Shown here: one piece after another, positions 61,464-64,000 of the stretch | Layout of the letters: every line of letters starts with the position of its first letter | How positions within the stretch are numbered: position 1 is the stretch's first letter | From: Ramazzottius varieornatus | Lineage: Eukaryota > Animalia > Tardigrada | Reading direction: 5' to 3' | Assembly: GCA_001949185.1 (NCBI GenBank) | Contig: BDGG01000002.1 | Span: 4,516,448-4,580,447 of the forward strand | DNA length: 64,000 nucleotides | Notes under the pieces: model-generated | The model's input: the letters and a program-made list of their open reading frames with translations, nothing else | Told to the model about the DNA's origin: nothing | Database searches by the model: none | Program-made: the position numbers and the translations under genes

Positions 61464-62134
61464 CGCAAAAACAGCAAAAATGTAGGGAAACCAGAGTCCG
61501 GCCAATCGTACGCGGCTCGTCGACCTCTTCGGCCAGACAGATGATCAGAAGTGAGGGTTCGATCGTTAGTTCGTTAGATTATACCGGATCGAGCTGAGTC
61601 TCGATGTCAGCATGCAACCATCAGTTTTGGCGTGATCAAGAGGTGGCACATGGCGCATTTCCGGTCGTCCACTAGCATTGATCTTGAAATTTGCTTGTGC
61701 TTTGGCAGTTCCGTGCAACGAGGTGTTTGCCAATTGCCTTTACATAAGCGCCCTCGAAGTGTCTACAGTCGTTCAAGCTGATGGTTTTGGCGGCAGGTTG
61801 CAAGGTTACACCTGACCACGGGATCACAAGCCATTCTAACTACGTCAAGGTACCCTCGATATTCTTGGAAACACTTATTCATTGTAGTTACACCAATAAA
61901 GCTTCGGTGTTGCGGAAGCATATGGTGAGCTTATGGCCTCTTACGTAGTTGCTTGCATAAGGTTGTGAGGTTCTGCATCGACGAGAAGCACGGAAAAACC
62001 CATGGCGAACTTCAGACCCATGGACCTTCTTCCGGATGTTTTCTCAGAAATTGAAAGAAAGGTACGTACTGTACGATATCGATTTGCGTAAGAATGAGAT
62101 GGGTGAGGTTGCTTCCAGTTTCCAAAGCAGAAGT

Positions 62135-63341
62135 TTACCGGAGCTTGTACGGGGACTGGCGACCACTATTACTGTCAACATGCTCGGTAGTAAGGTTCTT
62201 GTGGCTTTTGGTACTTCGAACCGGCAAACTTATGGGATGCATCGTGCCGCGCAGATCAATTTCTGGGTGTTCTAGGGTGGGCTCCTCCGACGGCTCGTGG
62301 TTGGCGGTCGGCCCGAAAATCCCTGCAGTCCCCTCCTTGAGTTTCTTGTATGTTCGATAGTCCTCGTTTTTAGGTTGGTTGACAATTGATTCAGTCTCCG
62401 CGATCACTGATTCTCCTCTTCCAGGTCGTAAAAAGGGCAGTTCGTAGTCGATCCCGCGGGACTTGTAACACCGTAGCATGAGGTCTTCTGGACCTCCAAG
62501 AACTTCTCGCAGAATGAACTGCAATTGGTACACCATTAGCACGATCATATACAGTATAGACGTGAAGGAAGTCATGCATACTCTGCCGGCAGCTTGCATC
62601 TGGTAGTCAGTGAGGTCCCGGGCAGACATGGAGCACAGTATAAGCGAAAGTCTTTCCAGCGCAAAGTTAAAGTTGTCCCACGGTACGCTGAAGAATTTCT
62701 CAACGATCTTCATTGGCTTTGTCGTTCCCATCATGATTTTACATTGATCTTTCAAATCTTGAAACCTGAGAAAAAATAGGCCGTGTCAAAAAGAGAGGTA
62801 TGGACGAAACGGTGCGAAGTCTCCTGTGCATAACAACGACTACCATGTGTTGACGCGAAAAACATCTTTCTTCTGGTGGAACTTGTCCGCAAAAGTTTCT
62901 TTCTTCCGTTTCAGGGCTCGTTCCTGCCAGTTCGGATTTTTCAGAGCAAAGAAGACTTCCCTGAAATATTACTATAACCAACGAGAACGGTCATCAGATC
63001 AGGGCAACATACTCTTTCTTTCGTTGCAAGTATTTCTCGTATTTGACTCGCTTTGTCCTTTCCGCCTTCTTCCAGCGTTCGTGGACTGTGTTCAACAGGT
63101 GTCTAGCGTTGTCGGTCGTTACTTTTCTTTGCGTCCTATACAAATCGCGAGTAACCAAAGAGATGAAAATGTTCGCAGCTGAGCGTGGCACTAACTTCCT
63201 GACAATGGTCTGTAGGCTTAGTTCGCTCTTGACGGCCTGGAACCGATTGTGGATCTTTGAGATGACTTCAAGCCAAGGGGGATTACCGTTGAATCGCCAT
63301 TCGTCAACGCCGGTTCTAGAAGGGATATATATGACTAGCAA
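62135..63341 (-). CDS. Unknown spliced ORF (5' and 3' limits uncertain)
   Basis: The 115-aa and 206-aa ORFs can be joined in frame through a middle exon EVFFALKNPNWQERALKRKKETFADKFHQKKDVFRVNTW with GT-AG junctions. No family was recognised. Confidence 0.45.
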
Positions 63342-64000
63342 GTGGTTTTGACCACTGAAGAGGCCGAGCGAGCGCGATTACACTACAGTAGCCAGACGGT
63401 ACATTTAGTCGAGCACAAAACCGAGTTGGGAAAGGCGCGCCTCTTCCACAGCCTTCTCACGCGTCTGCGGAGGGTTGGCTCGGTCGTCCGCCCCTCGGCT
63501 GAGTTGAGCGAGGGAACACTGAGCTTTGGGAAACATCACGGGGCGCAGCCCCCTGATGATGAGATCGGTCGTACACGCCTCGCCAAGACGTGGGGGCTAA
63601 CCAATGCGGCCAGGTTTATTCAGAATCGTTAGGAGTCATAGGACCCTGCGAAGAAACCTACAACTGCCTTGCGCATAGCACGACGTTCTACGTCGCCTCC
63701 TATCCTTCTCAATACGACTGCGAAGCTGGGACGACTTTTTAGCACCGATTCGATGAAGTGGCGCATTCGTTTTCACTGTGGTGTTTGCGATAGCAATATT
63801 GCGATTAAATTGTCGAAAAGAATGGACGATACACTAGTCCTCCTCACGACGAGCTATTTATGTCGCAAACGGTTGATTAAAAATTTGAGTTGCTTGATCA
63901 ACGGAAATTAGTCGTGAGTGAGGCAAAATTGGATTTTTCGCAAGTCTCGGAAACGGGACCGGAAATGCGCGAGTTTTGCGGGGTAGGTTTGTAGGCAAAC

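Overview
Compact, intron-rich invertebrate genomic DNA with short GT-AG introns. Gene content and intron style are consistent with a tardigrade, but that is inference. Genes in order: a group I metabotropic glutamate receptor (-); an intact secreted Cu/Zn superoxide dismutase with micro-exons (-); a decayed BTB/BACK pseudogene (+); a ~673-aa membrane-anchored SOD-fold pseudoenzyme (-); a masquerade-like five-clip serine protease homolog with a Gly-rich N-terminus (-); a giant nudel-like type II membrane polyprotease with SEA, ~32 LDLa, 5 SRCR-like, 5 trypsin domains (only the first active) and a C-terminal MAM domain (-); a small TM-LDLa-SEA gene (-); an octopamine-like GPCR (+); an uncharacterised gene (-); synapsin (-); a short ADAMTS (-); and an unknown spliced ORF (-). 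Several MITE-like inverted-repeat elements lie in introns and intergenic DNA. The top finding is the gene at 15435-18091. It keeps the Cu/Zn-SOD beta-barrel motifs, the disulfide cysteines and two intron positions of the neighbouring true SOD. It has lost nearly all metal ligands, and three loops are expanded into ~95-300 aa low-complexity inserts, each carrying an R-x-K-R furin site. It sits in a co-oriented SOD / pseudo-SOD / masquerade / nudel-like block that may build or cross-link eggshell or cuticle (hypothesis). Exon boundaries were assembled by hand from GT/AG signals and frame continuity.
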